Positions 13,734 through 23,923 of a DNA stretch of 64,000 nucleotides are shown piece after piece. Location of the stretch: positions 3,652 to 67,651 of the forward strand of contig JAQWMX010000015.1 of the NCBI GenBank assembly GCA_029246545.1. The letters are read 5' to 3'. The position numbers were made by a program, and so were the translations under genes. The notes below the pieces were generated by a model that searched no databases, was not told where the DNA came from, and saw only the letters and a list, made by a program, of their open reading frames with translations. Source of the stretch: Gammaproteobacteria bacterium (GTDB lineage: Bacteria > Pseudomonadota > Gammaproteobacteria > Pseudomonadales > Pseudohongiellaceae). The first letter of the stretch is position 1, and every line of letters begins with the position of its first letter.

Positions 13734-13994
13734 ATGAATAAAGCCTCTAATAATAAAGACCACAGCCTAGATGCACGCGGATTATTTTGTCCGGAGCCAG
13801 TCATGTTGTTACATAAAAAAATCCGTGAACTGGATGCTGGAGAGTTGGTAAAAGTAATAGCGACGGATCCATCAACTACGCGTGACATACCAAAATTTTG
13901 TCATTTCCTAGGCCATGAGCTATTAGAAAGTAATACACAAAATGGCGAGTACGTTTTTCACATTCGTAAAGTTGATAGCTCCATAAAGACATGA
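13734..13994 (+). CDS. tusA: Sulfurtransferase TusA
   Basis: [22 protein letters not shown]...[22 protein letters not shown]. Conserved CPxP active-site cysteine motif. Confidence 0.87.
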   Translation: MNKASNNKDHSLDARGLFCPEPVMLLHKKIRELDAGELVKVIATDPSTTRDIPKFCHFLGHELLESNTQNGEYVFHIRKVDSSIKT

Positions 13995-15136
13995 ATGCTA
14001 ATTTATCTAGCATGGGAAAAATTAATATTATTGCTGATGAAAATATTAGCGGATTGGAATATTTTGAAAAGTTAGCAATTGTTTCTAAAGTTTCTGGGCG
14101 TTCACTATCCTCTGAAATCATACAAAATGCAGATGCTTTATTGGTTAGGTCGGTTTCAAATGTTAATGAAAGTTTATTAAACAATTCTTCAATTAAGTTT
14201 ATAGCAAGCGCTACTAGTGGCATTGACCATGTGGATGTTAATTACCTGCAAGAAAACAACATCCAATTCGCTCACGCTCCAGGATCTAATGCGAATTCTG
14301 TAGTTCAGTATGTCTTTGCTAGTTTTGCCTTTCTTTCAAAAAAATATGACTTTGATTGGCGTGAGTTGTCAATTGGAATAATTGGTGCTGGTAAAGTAGG
14401 CGGCTTGTTGGCTGATTATTTAGATAAGCTGAATATTGACTGTGTAATATATGATCCATTTTTAGGAGAGAGCCATCCTCATAGTGATAAGTTTGTGTCT
14501 TTTGAAAAAGTATTAGAGCAAGATTTGTTTAGTGTACATACCCCCCTAACTAAAGAAGGACCTTATCCAACCTGGCACTTATTTAATGAAAAGGTGATCG
14601 AAGCCTTAAACAAAGGCAGCATCATGATCAACACATCTAGAGGAGCCGTATTTGATAACCAAACTCTCCATAGTAAATATAAAAATAAATCTTGGAAATG
14701 TGTGCTGGATGTTTGGGAAAATGAACCAGATATTTTTTTGCCTTTATTAAATCAAGTTGACATAGGTACTAGTCACATTGCGGGCTATAGCTATGAAGGT
14801 AAAGAGCAAGGTACGGCTCAGATATATCAAGCATTTGTCGATTATTTTGAGCTCGATGAAGCGCAAACTTATCCAATAAATAATGAAAATAAATTATTAA
14901 AGTTTGCAAATAGTGATTCTGAGCTTAATCAAATCAATCAAGCTATTTTAGCGGCTTACCCGATAGAATATGATTATAAGAAATTGCTGGAGTTGGATGT
15001 TGATATACCAACATCAAGTTTTGACGGCTTGCGTAAAAACTACCCTTTACGACGAGAGTTTCAATATTACCGACTGGATTATTCAAGCATTACAAGTAAT
15101 GCAGAAAAAACACTTCGGTGCTTAGGTTTTAATTAA
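13991..15136 (+). CDS. pdxB: Erythronate-4-phosphate dehydrogenase PdxB
   Basis: [10 protein letters not shown]...[14 protein letters not shown]...[13 protein letters not shown] and NAD-binding [14 protein letters not shown] overlap with the tusA stop. An alternative start at 14012 matches E. coli MKILVDEN better. Confidence 0.85.
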   Translation: MNANLSSMGKINIIADENISGLEYFEKLAIVSKVSGRSLSSEIIQNADALLVRSVSNVNESLLNNSSIKFIASATSGIDHVDVNYLQENNIQFAHAPGSNANSVVQYVFASFAFLSKKYDFDWRELSIGIIGAGKVGGLLADYLDKLNIDCVIYDPFLGESHPHSDKFVSFEKVLEQDLFSVHTPLTKEGPYPTWHLFNEKVIEALNKGSIMINTSRGAVFDNQTLHSKYKNKSWKCVLDVWENEPDIFLPLLNQVDIGTSHIAGYSYEGKEQGTAQIYQAFVDYFELDEAQTYPINNENKLLKFANSDSELNQINQAILAAYPIEYDYKKLLELDVDIPTSSFDGLRKNYPLRREFQYYRLDYSSITSNAEKTLRCLGFN

Positions 15137-16350
15137 GCTTGAGAGTAGTTACTCAAAAAACGAGTTAGTTTTTCTATAGAGTTTATTAAAACATCTTCTC
15201 TTGGTAGGAAAACGATTCTAAAATGTTGTTTGTCGTTTAAATTAAAACCACTTCCTTGGACCATTAATACTTTTTCCTGTAATAATAATTCTAAGATTAG
15301 CTTCTCGTCACTTTTAATTTTGAATTTTTTAGGGTCGAGTTTTGGGAATATATAAATAGCGCCTTTGGGAAGAGTGCAGCTCACTCCAGGAATGTCGTTA
15401 AGCAATTTATAAGCTAAATCTCGTTGCTCGCGTAAACGTCCACCGGGGAGAATTAGTTCATTGACACTTTGATAGCCGCCTAAAGCAGTTTGTATGGCCA
15501 ATTGTGCAGGCACATTTGAGCATAAACGCATGTTGGATAATATTTCTAAGCCTTCGAGATAATCCGTAGCAATAGATTTATTTCCACTAATTATCATCCA
15601 GCCTGATCTAAACCCTGCTAAACGATAGCTTTTAGAAAGGCCATTGAATGTGAGGACCAAAAGGTCTTCGCAAAGTGAAGCAAGTGGAACATGTTTTACT
15701 TCATCGTATAAAATTTTGTCATATATTTCATCAGCGAAAAGAATCAGTTCATGCTGCCTGGCAAGCTCAATAATCTGCTGTAGTAATTCTTTACTATAAA
15801 CGGCGCCAGTAGGGTTGTTTGGGTTAATAACGACTAATGCTTTTGTGTGATCTGTAATTTTGCTTTTAATATCATCAATGTCCGGAAACCAATCAGCACC
15901 TTCATCACAAATATAATGTACAGGCTTCCCGCCACTTAAGCTGACTGCAGCAGTCCATAGTGGATAATCAGGCGCTGGTATCAAAACTTCATCGTCATTA
16001 TTTAATAAAGCCTGCATAGACATTACGATAAGTTCGCTAACACCATTGCCAAGATAAATGTCTTCGATATCAACGCCTTTAATATTTATACGCTGCGTTT
16101 CATGCATAATCGCTTTGCGTGCTGAAAATAAACCTTTGGAATCGGAATATGGCTGGGCTTCACTTAAGTTATAGATGACGTCTTGCAAAATTTCATCGGG
16201 GGCATCAAAGCCAAAAGCACCAGGATTGCCAATATTGAGTCTGGTAATATTTTGACCTTCTTCTTCAAGTTGCTTAGCAGCTTGCAGGGCTGGACCTCTG
16301 ATTTCATAACAGACGTGTTTTAATTTGTAGGACTGCTTAATAGAGTGCAT
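15133..16350 (-). CDS. alaA: Glutamate-pyruvate (alanine) aminotransferase AlaA
   Basis: Near-collinear with E. coli AlaA as I recall it (VCYEIRGP...LNIGNPGAFGFDAPDEI...NPNNPTGAVYSKELL...FNGLSKSYRLAGFRSGW with the PLP lysine). Start placed at MHSIKQS; the ORF extends to 16425. Confidence 0.85.
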   Translation of the reverse strand: MHSIKQSYKLKHVCYEIRGPALQAAKQLEEEGQNITRLNIGNPGAFGFDAPDEILQDVIYNLSEAQPYSDSKGLFSARKAIMHETQRINIKGVDIEDIYLGNGVSELIVMSMQALLNNDDEVLIPAPDYPLWTAAVSLSGGKPVHYICDEGADWFPDIDDIKSKITDHTKALVVINPNNPTGAVYSKELLQQIIELARQHELILFADEIYDKILYDEVKHVPLASLCEDLLVLTFNGLSKSYRLAGFRSGWMIISGNKSIATDYLEGLEILSNMRLCSNVPAQLAIQTALGGYQSVNELILPGGRLREQRDLAYKLLNDIPGVSCTLPKGAIYIFPKLDPKKFKIKSDEKLILELLLQEKVLMVQGSGFNLNDKQHFRIVFLPREDVLINSIEKLTRFLSNYSQA

Positions 16351-16558
16351 TTTAGTAACCGTTGATTGTTCTTTATATTTAACGTGTGCTTTGCCGTACT
16401 TAGAGACACAGATTATACTAATCATTATGTAAGCTCGCTAAGCCCCTCTCTGAGTCATTAGAAGGGCTGCGAATTGTACTGAAACACTAGCTCAAACACC
16501 ATCTTAACCACTTAGAAGGCTATTTGTACCTAAACCCTTTTATAGAAATGGCAAAATT

Positions 16559-16960
16559 ATGAAGAAAATAAATAAAAGCTCGGATGAATGGAAACAAGCC
16601 TTAAGTCCTGAGGAATATCAAATAATGAGAGAAAAAGGCACGGAAAGAGCTTTTACAGGAGAATATAATGAAAACCATGACTCAGGAGAATATCAGTGCC
16701 GTTGTTGTGGACTGCCATTATTTGGTTCTGAGCATAAATATGATTCTGGCTCAGGCTGGCCTAGCTTTACGAACCCTGTGTCAAATACGAATGTGGTTGA
16801 AGAAGTAGATAAAAGTCTTTCTCGTACTCGAACAGAAGTTTTATGTGCGCAGTGTGATGCTCATTTAGGGCATGTTTTCCCAGACGGTCCTGGGCCAGAA
16901 GGTTTAAGGTATTGTATTAATTCTGCTTCTTTGGACTTTAAAGAAAGTGGTGAAGAGTAA
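16559..16960 (+). CDS. msrB: Peptide-methionine (R)-S-oxide reductase MsrB
   Basis: Two CxxC zinc motifs ([17 protein letters not shown]) and the catalytic RYCINS. Confidence 0.95.
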   Translation: MKKINKSSDEWKQALSPEEYQIMREKGTERAFTGEYNENHDSGEYQCRCCGLPLFGSEHKYDSGSGWPSFTNPVSNTNVVEEVDKSLSRTRTEVLCAQCDAHLGHVFPDGPGPEGLRYCINSASLDFKESGEE

Positions 16961-17092
16961 TGCCAGATAATTCAGGTAAAAATTGTATTAGTAATTTTCC
17001 TATTGACCAATAAGATCTATAACAAAACCCTTAGGCCGGTTTGAATCCTATTTCTATCGTAACTATAAAGATCAATATTACTTTCGTTATCA

Positions 17093-17139
17093 TGTATCCC
17101 GTCAGCACTAATTGGTCCAACTAGTGCTGACGGGATACA
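17093..17139. repeat. 47-bp near-perfect palindrome in the msrB-MMPL spacer
   Basis: tGTATCCCGTCAGCACTAaTTGG t CCAAcTAGTGCTGACGGGATACa. There are 17 perfect bp in each outer arm (17094-17110 / 17122-17138). No adjacent T-run on either strand. Confidence 0.85.
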
Positions 17140-17244
17140 ATCAGCTAAGCACTTGAAATGTTAAGTATATTAAGTAATTCAATAATGCTTAAGCTATAAT
17201 TCGCGGCTTGATTTTTATGGCGAATACCTCTAGGTCGTTAGAAT

Positions 17245-19734
17245 ATGATTAACTTTTATCTCCAGCTAGTATTAAAAAAACCACTTACTTGCTTACTTTT
17301 AGTTTTTTTAATTACTTTGTCATTGGGCTGGTTTACACAATATTTTAGATTGGACGCTTCGTCAGACACGCTTGTAGTGGAAGGGGATACTGATCTCGAA
17401 CTTTCCAGACAGACTAATGATAGGTATAACACAAGCAATTTTGTTTTCATTTCGTACAACCCAACTGCGCCATTATTTGAAGCAACAAGCTTAGATAGAT
17501 TGCGAGCACTTAAAGATCGTTTAGAGCTTATAGATAGAGTTAGCTCTGTTCAGAGTATTTTCAGTGTTCCTCTACTTAAAGTTGCGGGTGTTCCTTTATC
17601 TGAACTCGCTGACAATATAAAAACGCTTGATGACCCTGACGTTGATTTGCAAGCTGCCAGAGACGATTTATCCACAAGTGTTGCTTATCGTGATGTCTTA
17701 CTCAGTGAAGATGCAGAAACTACTGCGTTGATTGTAAATTTTGCAGAAACACCCGAGTTAGATGAAGCTGCTGGCCAAAGAGCTTTGCTCAGAGTGATAC
17801 CTGAAGCTGATCGCAGCCGACAACAACAAATAGAGCTAACTGAGCTTGAAATCAGATATAGAGAATTGAACACTAGAGCGGATTTAAATCAGCATAATGA
17901 TATTGCTGAAATTCGGTCTATATTAGATGAGTATCGTACAGATGCTGTAATTGTTATGGGTGGCGTGCCCATGATAGCCGACGACCTGATAACCTTTGTA
18001 AAAAATGATTTGCAAACATTTGGCTTGGCCATCTTAGTCTTTATAATTATTACTTTAGGCTATCTATTTAGGGAAGTTCGTTATATTGGTATTCCTCTTA
18101 CTTCCTGTGCTGTCACGTTAATTTGTATTGTCGGTCTATTGGGATTATTAGACTGGCCTGTGACAGTCATTTCTTCTAATTTCATATCCTTATTATTGAT
18201 TATTACCATTTCGCTTAATGTGCACTTAATAGTGCGTTATCGCGAATTGGAAGTACTAGAGGCAAGCATGTCTCATCAAGATCGAATAAAGACTACTTTG
18301 CAAAATATGGTTAAGCCTTGTGCCTATACCAGTTTTACGACCATTGTTGCATTTGGATCTCTTGTGAGCAGTCAAATTCCACCTATCATTAATTTTGGTT
18401 TGATGATGGTGATTGGGGTTGCATTAGCCTTCCTTCTGACTTTTTTAGTTTTCCCTGCATTGATGAGCTTGATGCAAGAAAATAAATCATCATCAGGTAA
18501 AAGATTGGTCGATGTTACACCTTACATGGCGGCATTAACGGCAAAGTTTGGCAAAGGAATACTGGTAGTAGCCTCGGTGATTTTTGTTTTCAGCGTTGCT
18601 GGCTTAAACCAGCTTGAAGTAGAGAACAGTTTTATCGACTACTTCGATGAAAGTACTGAAATATATCAAGGCATGGTTTCTATTGATCAAAACATGGGTG
18701 GTACGACGCCTCTTGATGTCATTATTAATTTATATCCTGAAGAAGGCTTAGAAGAATTAACAGCAAATAATGCTGAGCCTAATGAGCTGTTAGAAGAAGA
18801 TGAATTCTTTTTTGAGGAAGAGTTTAACCAAGATGATGAAGCAGGATATTGGTTTACTACTGATAAGATGGAATTAATTCTGGCTATCCACAACTATTTG
18901 GATGAACTTCCAGAGACTGGCAAAATTCTTTCGCTTGGGACAGTTCTGCAAGTTGTCTATGAGCTCAATGATGATGAGCCTTTAGACAATCTAGAACTGG
19001 CTGTGCTTTACGGTTTAATTCCACAGGATTATAAGAACGCCTTGATTACACCTTATGTATCTATTGAAAATGATCAAGTTCGGTTTGCAATTAGGGTGCT
19101 TGAGACAAATCCAGATTTAGTAAGAAATGAGCTATTAGAAAACATTAGAGCAGGCTTGCAACAAGAGTTTGATTTGAGCCTAGACCAGGTTCAATTAACT
19201 GGCATGTTCGTTTTATACAACAATATGCTGCTCAGCCTTTTTGATTCCCAAATACTTACGCTTAGCTTGGTGTTGGCTGTAATATTTATTATGTTTATCA
19301 TTTTGTTTAGGTCATTAAAATTGGCTGTCCTAGGGATTTTACCTAATATTCTAGCTGCTTCAGCTGTGCTAGGTTTAATGGGTTGGATGAATATTCCGCT
19401 AGATATGATGACAATAACTATTGCAGCGATTTCAGTTGGTATAGGCGTTGATAACACGATTCATTATATTCATCGTTTTAAGGTTCAATTCCCTAAGCAG
19501 CAAAATTATCAAAAAACGATGAAGTACTGTCATAGTAGTATTGGACAGGCAATGTACTACACAAGTTTTACTATTATTGTTGGGTTTTCGATTTTAGTAT
19601 TTTCAAACTTCATTCCCACCATATACTTTGGCTTGTTGACTAGTTTGGCGATGTTTATTGCACTAACCGGGGCCTTGACTCTGCTACCTCAATTGCTGAT
19701 AACTTTTAAACCTTTGGGTAAAGAAGTAATTTAA
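17245..19734 (+). CDS. MMPL/RND-superfamily exporter (COG1033-like), 829 aa
   Basis: Two blocks of about six TM helices, each preceded by a large soluble loop. Sterol-sensing-like TM bundle. Typical MMPL architecture. Substrate unknown. Confidence 0.75.
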   Translation: MINFYLQLVLKKPLTCLLLVFLITLSLGWFTQYFRLDASSDTLVVEGDTDLELSRQTNDRYNTSNFVFISYNPTAPLFEATSLDRLRALKDRLELIDRVSSVQSIFSVPLLKVAGVPLSELADNIKTLDDPDVDLQAARDDLSTSVAYRDVLLSEDAETTALIVNFAETPELDEAAGQRALLRVIPEADRSRQQQIELTELEIRYRELNTRADLNQHNDIAEIRSILDEYRTDAVIVMGGVPMIADDLITFVKNDLQTFGLAILVFIIITLGYLFREVRYIGIPLTSCAVTLICIVGLLGLLDWPVTVISSNFISLLLIITISLNVHLIVRYRELEVLEASMSHQDRIKTTLQNMVKPCAYTSFTTIVAFGSLVSSQIPPIINFGLMMVIGVALAFLLTFLVFPALMSLMQENKSSSGKRLVDVTPYMAALTAKFGKGILVVASVIFVFSVAGLNQLEVENSFIDYFDESTEIYQGMVSIDQNMGGTTPLDVIINLYPEEGLEELTANNAEPNELLEEDEFFFEEEFNQDDEAGYWFTTDKMELILAIHNYLDELPETGKILSLGTVLQVVYELNDDEPLDNLELAVLYGLIPQDYKNALITPYVSIENDQVRFAIRVLETNPDLVRNELLENIRAGLQQEFDLSLDQVQLTGMFVLYNNMLLSLFDSQILTLSLVLAVIFIMFIILFRSLKLAVLGILPNILAASAVLGLMGWMNIPLDMMTITIAAISVGIGVDNTIHYIHRFKVQFPKQQNYQKTMKYCHSSIGQAMYYTSFTIIVGFSILVFSNFIPTIYFGLLTSLAMFIALTGALTLLPQLLITFKPLGKEVI

Positions 19735-19780
19735 GAGTGCAGGTATGTTGTGGCAGGAAGTTTAGATAAAAATTGGTCTC

Positions 19781-19846
19781 CGCTAGTTCAAGACAAATTG
19801 TTCTTTTTTAAGTGAACCGAAGTTCTGGTTTTGTCTTGAACTAGCG
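19781..19846. repeat. Perfect 17-bp inverted repeat with a 32-nt spacer, 47 bp downstream of the MMPL gene
   Basis: CGCTAGTTCAAGACAAA (19781-19797) pairs with TTTGTCTTGAACTAGCG (19830-19846). No flanking T-run. Confidence 0.85.
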
Positions 19847-20357
19847 AGTGAGCACAAGATAAAACTCCTCTCAGCTAGAATAAACAGCGCAATAACTGTG
19901 CCAACCTAGCGTTACTTAAAATTAAGAGCATTTTGTTCAAATTAGAATTAAAGTTATAGATATCAAATGCTTAGCGCTGCCTTTTAAGTTGTAGGCTTCT
20001 TGAATCTAGTGCGTTTTCAATTGCTTAGATAAGTAAATTAATGAAGTTTTATTTTAGATAAAGCGAATTAATTCATCAAAAAAAAGCATCTAAAATGAAA
20101 AAAGTGCTTGTTGTTTAATGACTTACTTTTTTCTATAAATAATATTTTTTTATTTTTAAAAAAATTATGATTTTCATCTCTATTTGTTCTCGTTAATTTC
20201 TCTGTGAAAGCCCCTGATTTAACTGTTGAAACTGATTTGGGGCTATGGCACAATCCGCACCTGTTAGCTTCCTAAGATTGAATAAGTTGCTGATTTTTAA
20301 AATATTATTTTAAATTCGTCGTCTAGATTCTCTGCTTTCCATATTTGAGGTTTATAA

Positions 20358-21755
20358 ATGCAAGTTTCTCTTGAAACACTGTCCGGTTTGGAGCGTAAAT
20401 TAACCATTGAAGTACCTGCTGAAACAATTGATAAGCAAGTAAAAAACCGTCTTGCTGAGACAGCAAAAACTTTCCAAATGAAAGGCTTTCGCAAAGGCAA
20501 GGTTCCTATTAGTGTGATTAAAAGTCGTTTTGGTAAAGGTATGCGTCAAGAAGTGTTAGGCGATGTGATGAATCAATCCTATTACGAAGCCTTGACACAA
20601 GAAAACGTTAGGCCTGCAGGTCAACCAAAAATAGAAGCCACTAATATGACTGAAGGTGAAGATTTAGCTTTCACTGCGATCTTTGAAGTTTTTCCAGAAA
20701 TCACAATAGGTGACTTTTCTAAAATTAAAGTAGAAAAGCGGCTGGCTGAAATTAATGATAAAGATATAGATACCATGATAGAAACCTTGCGTGAGCAAAG
20801 AAAGCATTATCATCAAGTGGATCGAACAGCAGAAAAGGATGATCAGTTAACTATTGATTTTACAGGATCAATAGCTGGTGAAGAATTCGTAGGTGGTTCA
20901 GCTAAAGGCAGCACTTTGATCATAGGGTCGGGAACTATGATTCCTGGTTTTGAAGATGGCTTAATTGGAGCTAAATCCGGTGAAGATAAAAAGCTCAAGT
21001 TGAAATTCCCAAAAGATTACCACAAAGAAGATTTAGCAGGAAAAGCATGTGTTTTTGATGTGAAAGTGAACTCAGTTGCTGGAGTACATTACCCTGAACT
21101 GAATGAAGAGTTTTTCAAATCCTTTGATATTAAAGGCGGCAGTGAGAAGGAATTCAGAGCAGAAGTTAAGCAAAATATGACTAGAGAGCTGGACAATGCA
21201 GTTAAGAATAATGTTAAGGAGCAGGTGTTAAAAGGTTTAACAGATGCGGCAACATTAACTCTGCCAAAATCAGTCGTTGATTCTGAGATCGATAATCTTC
21301 GTCAGCAAGCCATTCAACGCTATAGTGGCGGCAGCAATCAGACCATAGATGCATCATTACTCCCGGCTGAGATGTTCCAAACTCAAGCTGAGCAAAGAGT
21401 TACAGTTGGTTTGATCATTAACGAGATTATTAAAGAAAACGACCTTAAAGCAAGCCCTGCTAAAGTACGTGAAATAATTGAAGAACTTGCAGCTGGTTAT
21501 GAAAACCCAAAAGAGGTGGTTGCTTGGTATTATAGTGAGAGTGAGCAGTTACAGCAGATTGAAGGTATGGCCCTTGAAGAAAGCGTAATTGACCTAATAT
21601 TAGATAAAGCAAAAGTTGACGAAAAACAAACCAGTTACGAAGAAGCACTAAAGCCTATCGAGAAGCTTGAACAAGAGCCCGAGAAAAAAGCTAAAAAGAA
21701 ATCTAGCAAAGCTAAGCCAAAAGCAAAAGCAGATGAATCTGAAAGCAAAAAATAG
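20358..21755 (+). CDS. tig: Trigger factor
   Basis: MQVSLETLSGLERKLTIEVPAE..., ribosome-binding GFRKGKVP motif, FKBP-type PPIase middle domain. tig-clpP-clpX-lon order. Carries an extra 33-aa Lys-rich tail. Confidence 0.96.
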   Translation: MQVSLETLSGLERKLTIEVPAETIDKQVKNRLAETAKTFQMKGFRKGKVPISVIKSRFGKGMRQEVLGDVMNQSYYEALTQENVRPAGQPKIEATNMTEGEDLAFTAIFEVFPEITIGDFSKIKVEKRLAEINDKDIDTMIETLREQRKHYHQVDRTAEKDDQLTIDFTGSIAGEEFVGGSAKGSTLIIGSGTMIPGFEDGLIGAKSGEDKKLKLKFPKDYHKEDLAGKACVFDVKVNSVAGVHYPELNEEFFKSFDIKGGSEKEFRAEVKQNMTRELDNAVKNNVKEQVLKGLTDAATLTLPKSVVDSEIDNLRQQAIQRYSGGSNQTIDASLLPAEMFQTQAEQRVTVGLIINEIIKENDLKASPAKVREIIEELAAGYENPKEVVAWYYSESEQLQQIEGMALEESVIDLILDKAKVDEKQTSYEEALKPIEKLEQEPEKKAKKKSSKAKPKAKADESESKK

Positions 21756-21784
21756 TGTTAAAAGTATAACAGTGAGATTATCTT

Positions 21785-22438
21785 ATGAGTAAGTCAGATT
21801 TTGAAAGTGAAAATAGCCTAATAGAAACGTCAACTTTAATACCTATGGTCGTTGAACAGACAGCTAGAGGTGAGCGTTCTTACGATATATATTCTCGATT
21901 ACTTAAAGAGCGGGTCATTTTCATGGTTGGTCCAGTTGAAGATCATATGGCAAATTTACTTGTTGCTCAGTTGTTATACCTGGAATCTGAAAACCCGGAA
22001 AAAGATATTCATTTTTATATAAACTCCCCGGGCGGATCTGTAACGGCGGGAATGTCAATCTATGACACTATGCAGTTCATCAAACCAGATGTCAGTACAA
22101 TGTGTGTTGGGCAAGCTGCAAGTATGGGAGCCTTTCTTTTAGCTGGTGGAACAAAAGGTAAACGTTATGCATTACCTAACTCAAGAATTATGATTCACCA
22201 ACCTAGCGGCGGCTATCAAGGGCAAGCATCAGATATAAATATACATGCGCAAGAAATTCTTAAAATCCGTGAAAAACTCAATAAAATCATGGCTGAACAT
22301 ACAGGGCAGAGTATTGAAACTGTAAGCCAAGATACAGAAAGAGATAACTTCATGGACGCAGATGAAGCATTAAATTATGGGCTCATTGATGAAGTTCTAT
22401 CTAAAAGAGCCATTCCTGTAGAGTCTAAGGAAGATTAA
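21785..22438 (+). CDS. clpP: ATP-dependent Clp protease proteolytic subunit ClpP
   Basis: Catalytic-triad context [11 protein letters not shown] (Ser) and MIHQPSGG (His). High similarity to ClpP throughout. Confidence 0.97.
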   Translation: MSKSDFESENSLIETSTLIPMVVEQTARGERSYDIYSRLLKERVIFMVGPVEDHMANLLVAQLLYLESENPEKDIHFYINSPGGSVTAGMSIYDTMQFIKPDVSTMCVGQAASMGAFLLAGGTKGKRYALPNSRIMIHQPSGGYQGQASDINIHAQEILKIREKLNKIMAEHTGQSIETVSQDTERDNFMDADEALNYGLIDEVLSKRAIPVESKED

Positions 22439-22543
22439 AAATATCTCTAGAGGGCTTGAATTATCTACAAAATACCTTCATCTTACTGTGAGGGATTGTA
22501 TCCTGATGTGCTCTTTCTTCCTTTAATAACGGAGCTTTTATAA

Positions 22544-23833
22544 ATGTCAGATAAAAACAGCAAAGATGATTCTGGTAAATTACTTTACTGTTCATTCTGT
22601 GGGAAAAGTCAGCATGAGGTTAGAAAACTCATAGCGGGCCCTTCAGTTTTTGTTTGTGATGAATGCGTTGACCTGTGCAACGACATTATTCGCGAGGAAA
22701 TTCAGGAAAAATCTGAAGACTCTGATCATCGTCATTTACCTAGTCCTGAAGAAATCCGCAATACTTTAGATGAATATGTTATCGGCCAAGATATAGCTAA
22801 GAAAACACTAGCGGTGGCTGTTTATAATCATTATAAGCGCCTAAATTTTCAAACTGAGGAAGATGGTGTAGAGCTCAGCAAGAGCAATATCTTGATTATA
22901 GGGCCTACTGGTACTGGTAAAACTCTACTAGCTGAAACGCTTGCTCGTTTGCTGGATGTGCCATTCACCATTGCGGATGCGACCACACTAACTGAAGCAG
23001 GCTATGTTGGTGAAGATGTCGAAAATATTATTCAAAAGTTACTACAAAAATGTGATTACGACGTTGAAAAAGCCCAAATTGGGATTGTCTATATCGATGA
23101 AATTGACAAGATCGCTCGTAAATCTGATAACCCTTCAATTACTCGAGACGTCTCAGGTGAAGGCGTGCAGCAAGCTTTATTAAAATTAATTGAGGGTACT
23201 GTTGCATCCGTTCCTCCACAAGGAGGGCGTAAGCACCCTCAACAAGAGTTTCTCCAGGTAAATACTTCTAATATTTTATTTATTTGTGGTGGTGCTTTTG
23301 CTGGTTTAGATAAGGTTATTCGAGATCGATCAGATAAAAGCGGTATTGGTTTCTCTGCTGAAGTGCGTAGTGTCGAACAGCAGTCTAATGTTGGTGAAGC
23401 ATTGAAGGAAGTTGAGCCAGAAGATCTAGTGAAATATGGTCTCATTCCTGAGTTTGTAGGCCGGTTACCAATGATTGCAACTTTAAACGAACTTGACGAA
23501 GAAGCGTTGATTAAAATTTTAACTGAGCCTAAAAATTCTTTAACTAAGCAATATACTAAGTTATTTGAAATGGAAGGCGTGGAAATCCAATTTCGTGCCG
23601 ATGCTTTAAAAGCTATAGCTCGCAGAGCGCAGGAGCGCAAAACAGGAGCAAGGGGATTACGTTCTATCATGGAAGCAGTTTTGCTGGACACCATGTATAA
23701 CATTCCTTCTCAAAGTGGCGTTACTAAAGTTGTTATAGATGAGGCCGTTATTAATGGTGAATCTGAGCCTCTTTTAATGTATGAGTCAGTAGATGAAGAT
23801 TTGCCGAATAAAACAGCAAGCAAAGACTCATAA
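22544..23833 (+). CDS. clpX: ATP-dependent Clp protease ATP-binding subunit ClpX
   Basis: N-terminal zinc-binding domain CSFCGK...CDECV, Walker A GPTGTGKT, Walker B YIDEIDK, and IGF-loop region. Confidence 0.97.
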   Translation: MSDKNSKDDSGKLLYCSFCGKSQHEVRKLIAGPSVFVCDECVDLCNDIIREEIQEKSEDSDHRHLPSPEEIRNTLDEYVIGQDIAKKTLAVAVYNHYKRLNFQTEEDGVELSKSNILIIGPTGTGKTLLAETLARLLDVPFTIADATTLTEAGYVGEDVENIIQKLLQKCDYDVEKAQIGIVYIDEIDKIARKSDNPSITRDVSGEGVQQALLKLIEGTVASVPPQGGRKHPQQEFLQVNTSNILFICGGAFAGLDKVIRDRSDKSGIGFSAEVRSVEQQSNVGEALKEVEPEDLVKYGLIPEFVGRLPMIATLNELDEEALIKILTEPKNSLTKQYTKLFEMEGVEIQFRADALKAIARRAQERKTGARGLRSIMEAVLLDTMYNIPSQSGVTKVVIDEAVINGESEPLLMYESVDEDLPNKTASKDS

Positions 23834-23923
23834 AGTCGGCAGCAAGTGGAATTGTAAGAAGTATAACTAAGCAAAAGCCAAACGAATTAATGCTCAGTTT
23901 TGAGCTCAGACTAAGAAGGCACT

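Noticed and set aside
17038-17048. GGTTTGAATCC, which resembles a tRNA T-loop (GGTTCGAATCC), in the msrB-MMPL spacer. It could mark a tRNA or a tRNA-fragment attachment site.
   Set aside because: The flanking bases do not form a T-stem (GCCGG ... CCTAT). I could not build an acceptor or anticodon arm, so there is no tRNA or convincing fragment.
20068-20253. 61-aa ORF on the minus strand in the tig upstream spacer.
   Set aside because: It has a TTG start with no Shine-Dalgarno. The translation is dominated by K/N/F codons from A/T homopolymers, consistent with random AT-rich sequence.
23239-23703. Long antisense ORFs inside well-supported genes. This 154-aa one lies in clpX. Others are at 6476-6850 in the M16 peptidase, 38594-39013 in mfd, 51811-52203 in nuoH, 53772-54209 across nuoJ/K, and 61549-62322 in lolC.
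   Set aside because: Each lies fully opposite a gene with strong, motif-level identity. Their translations are low-complexity Ser/Leu/Ile-rich with no motifs or ribosome-binding sites, so they are shadow ORFs.
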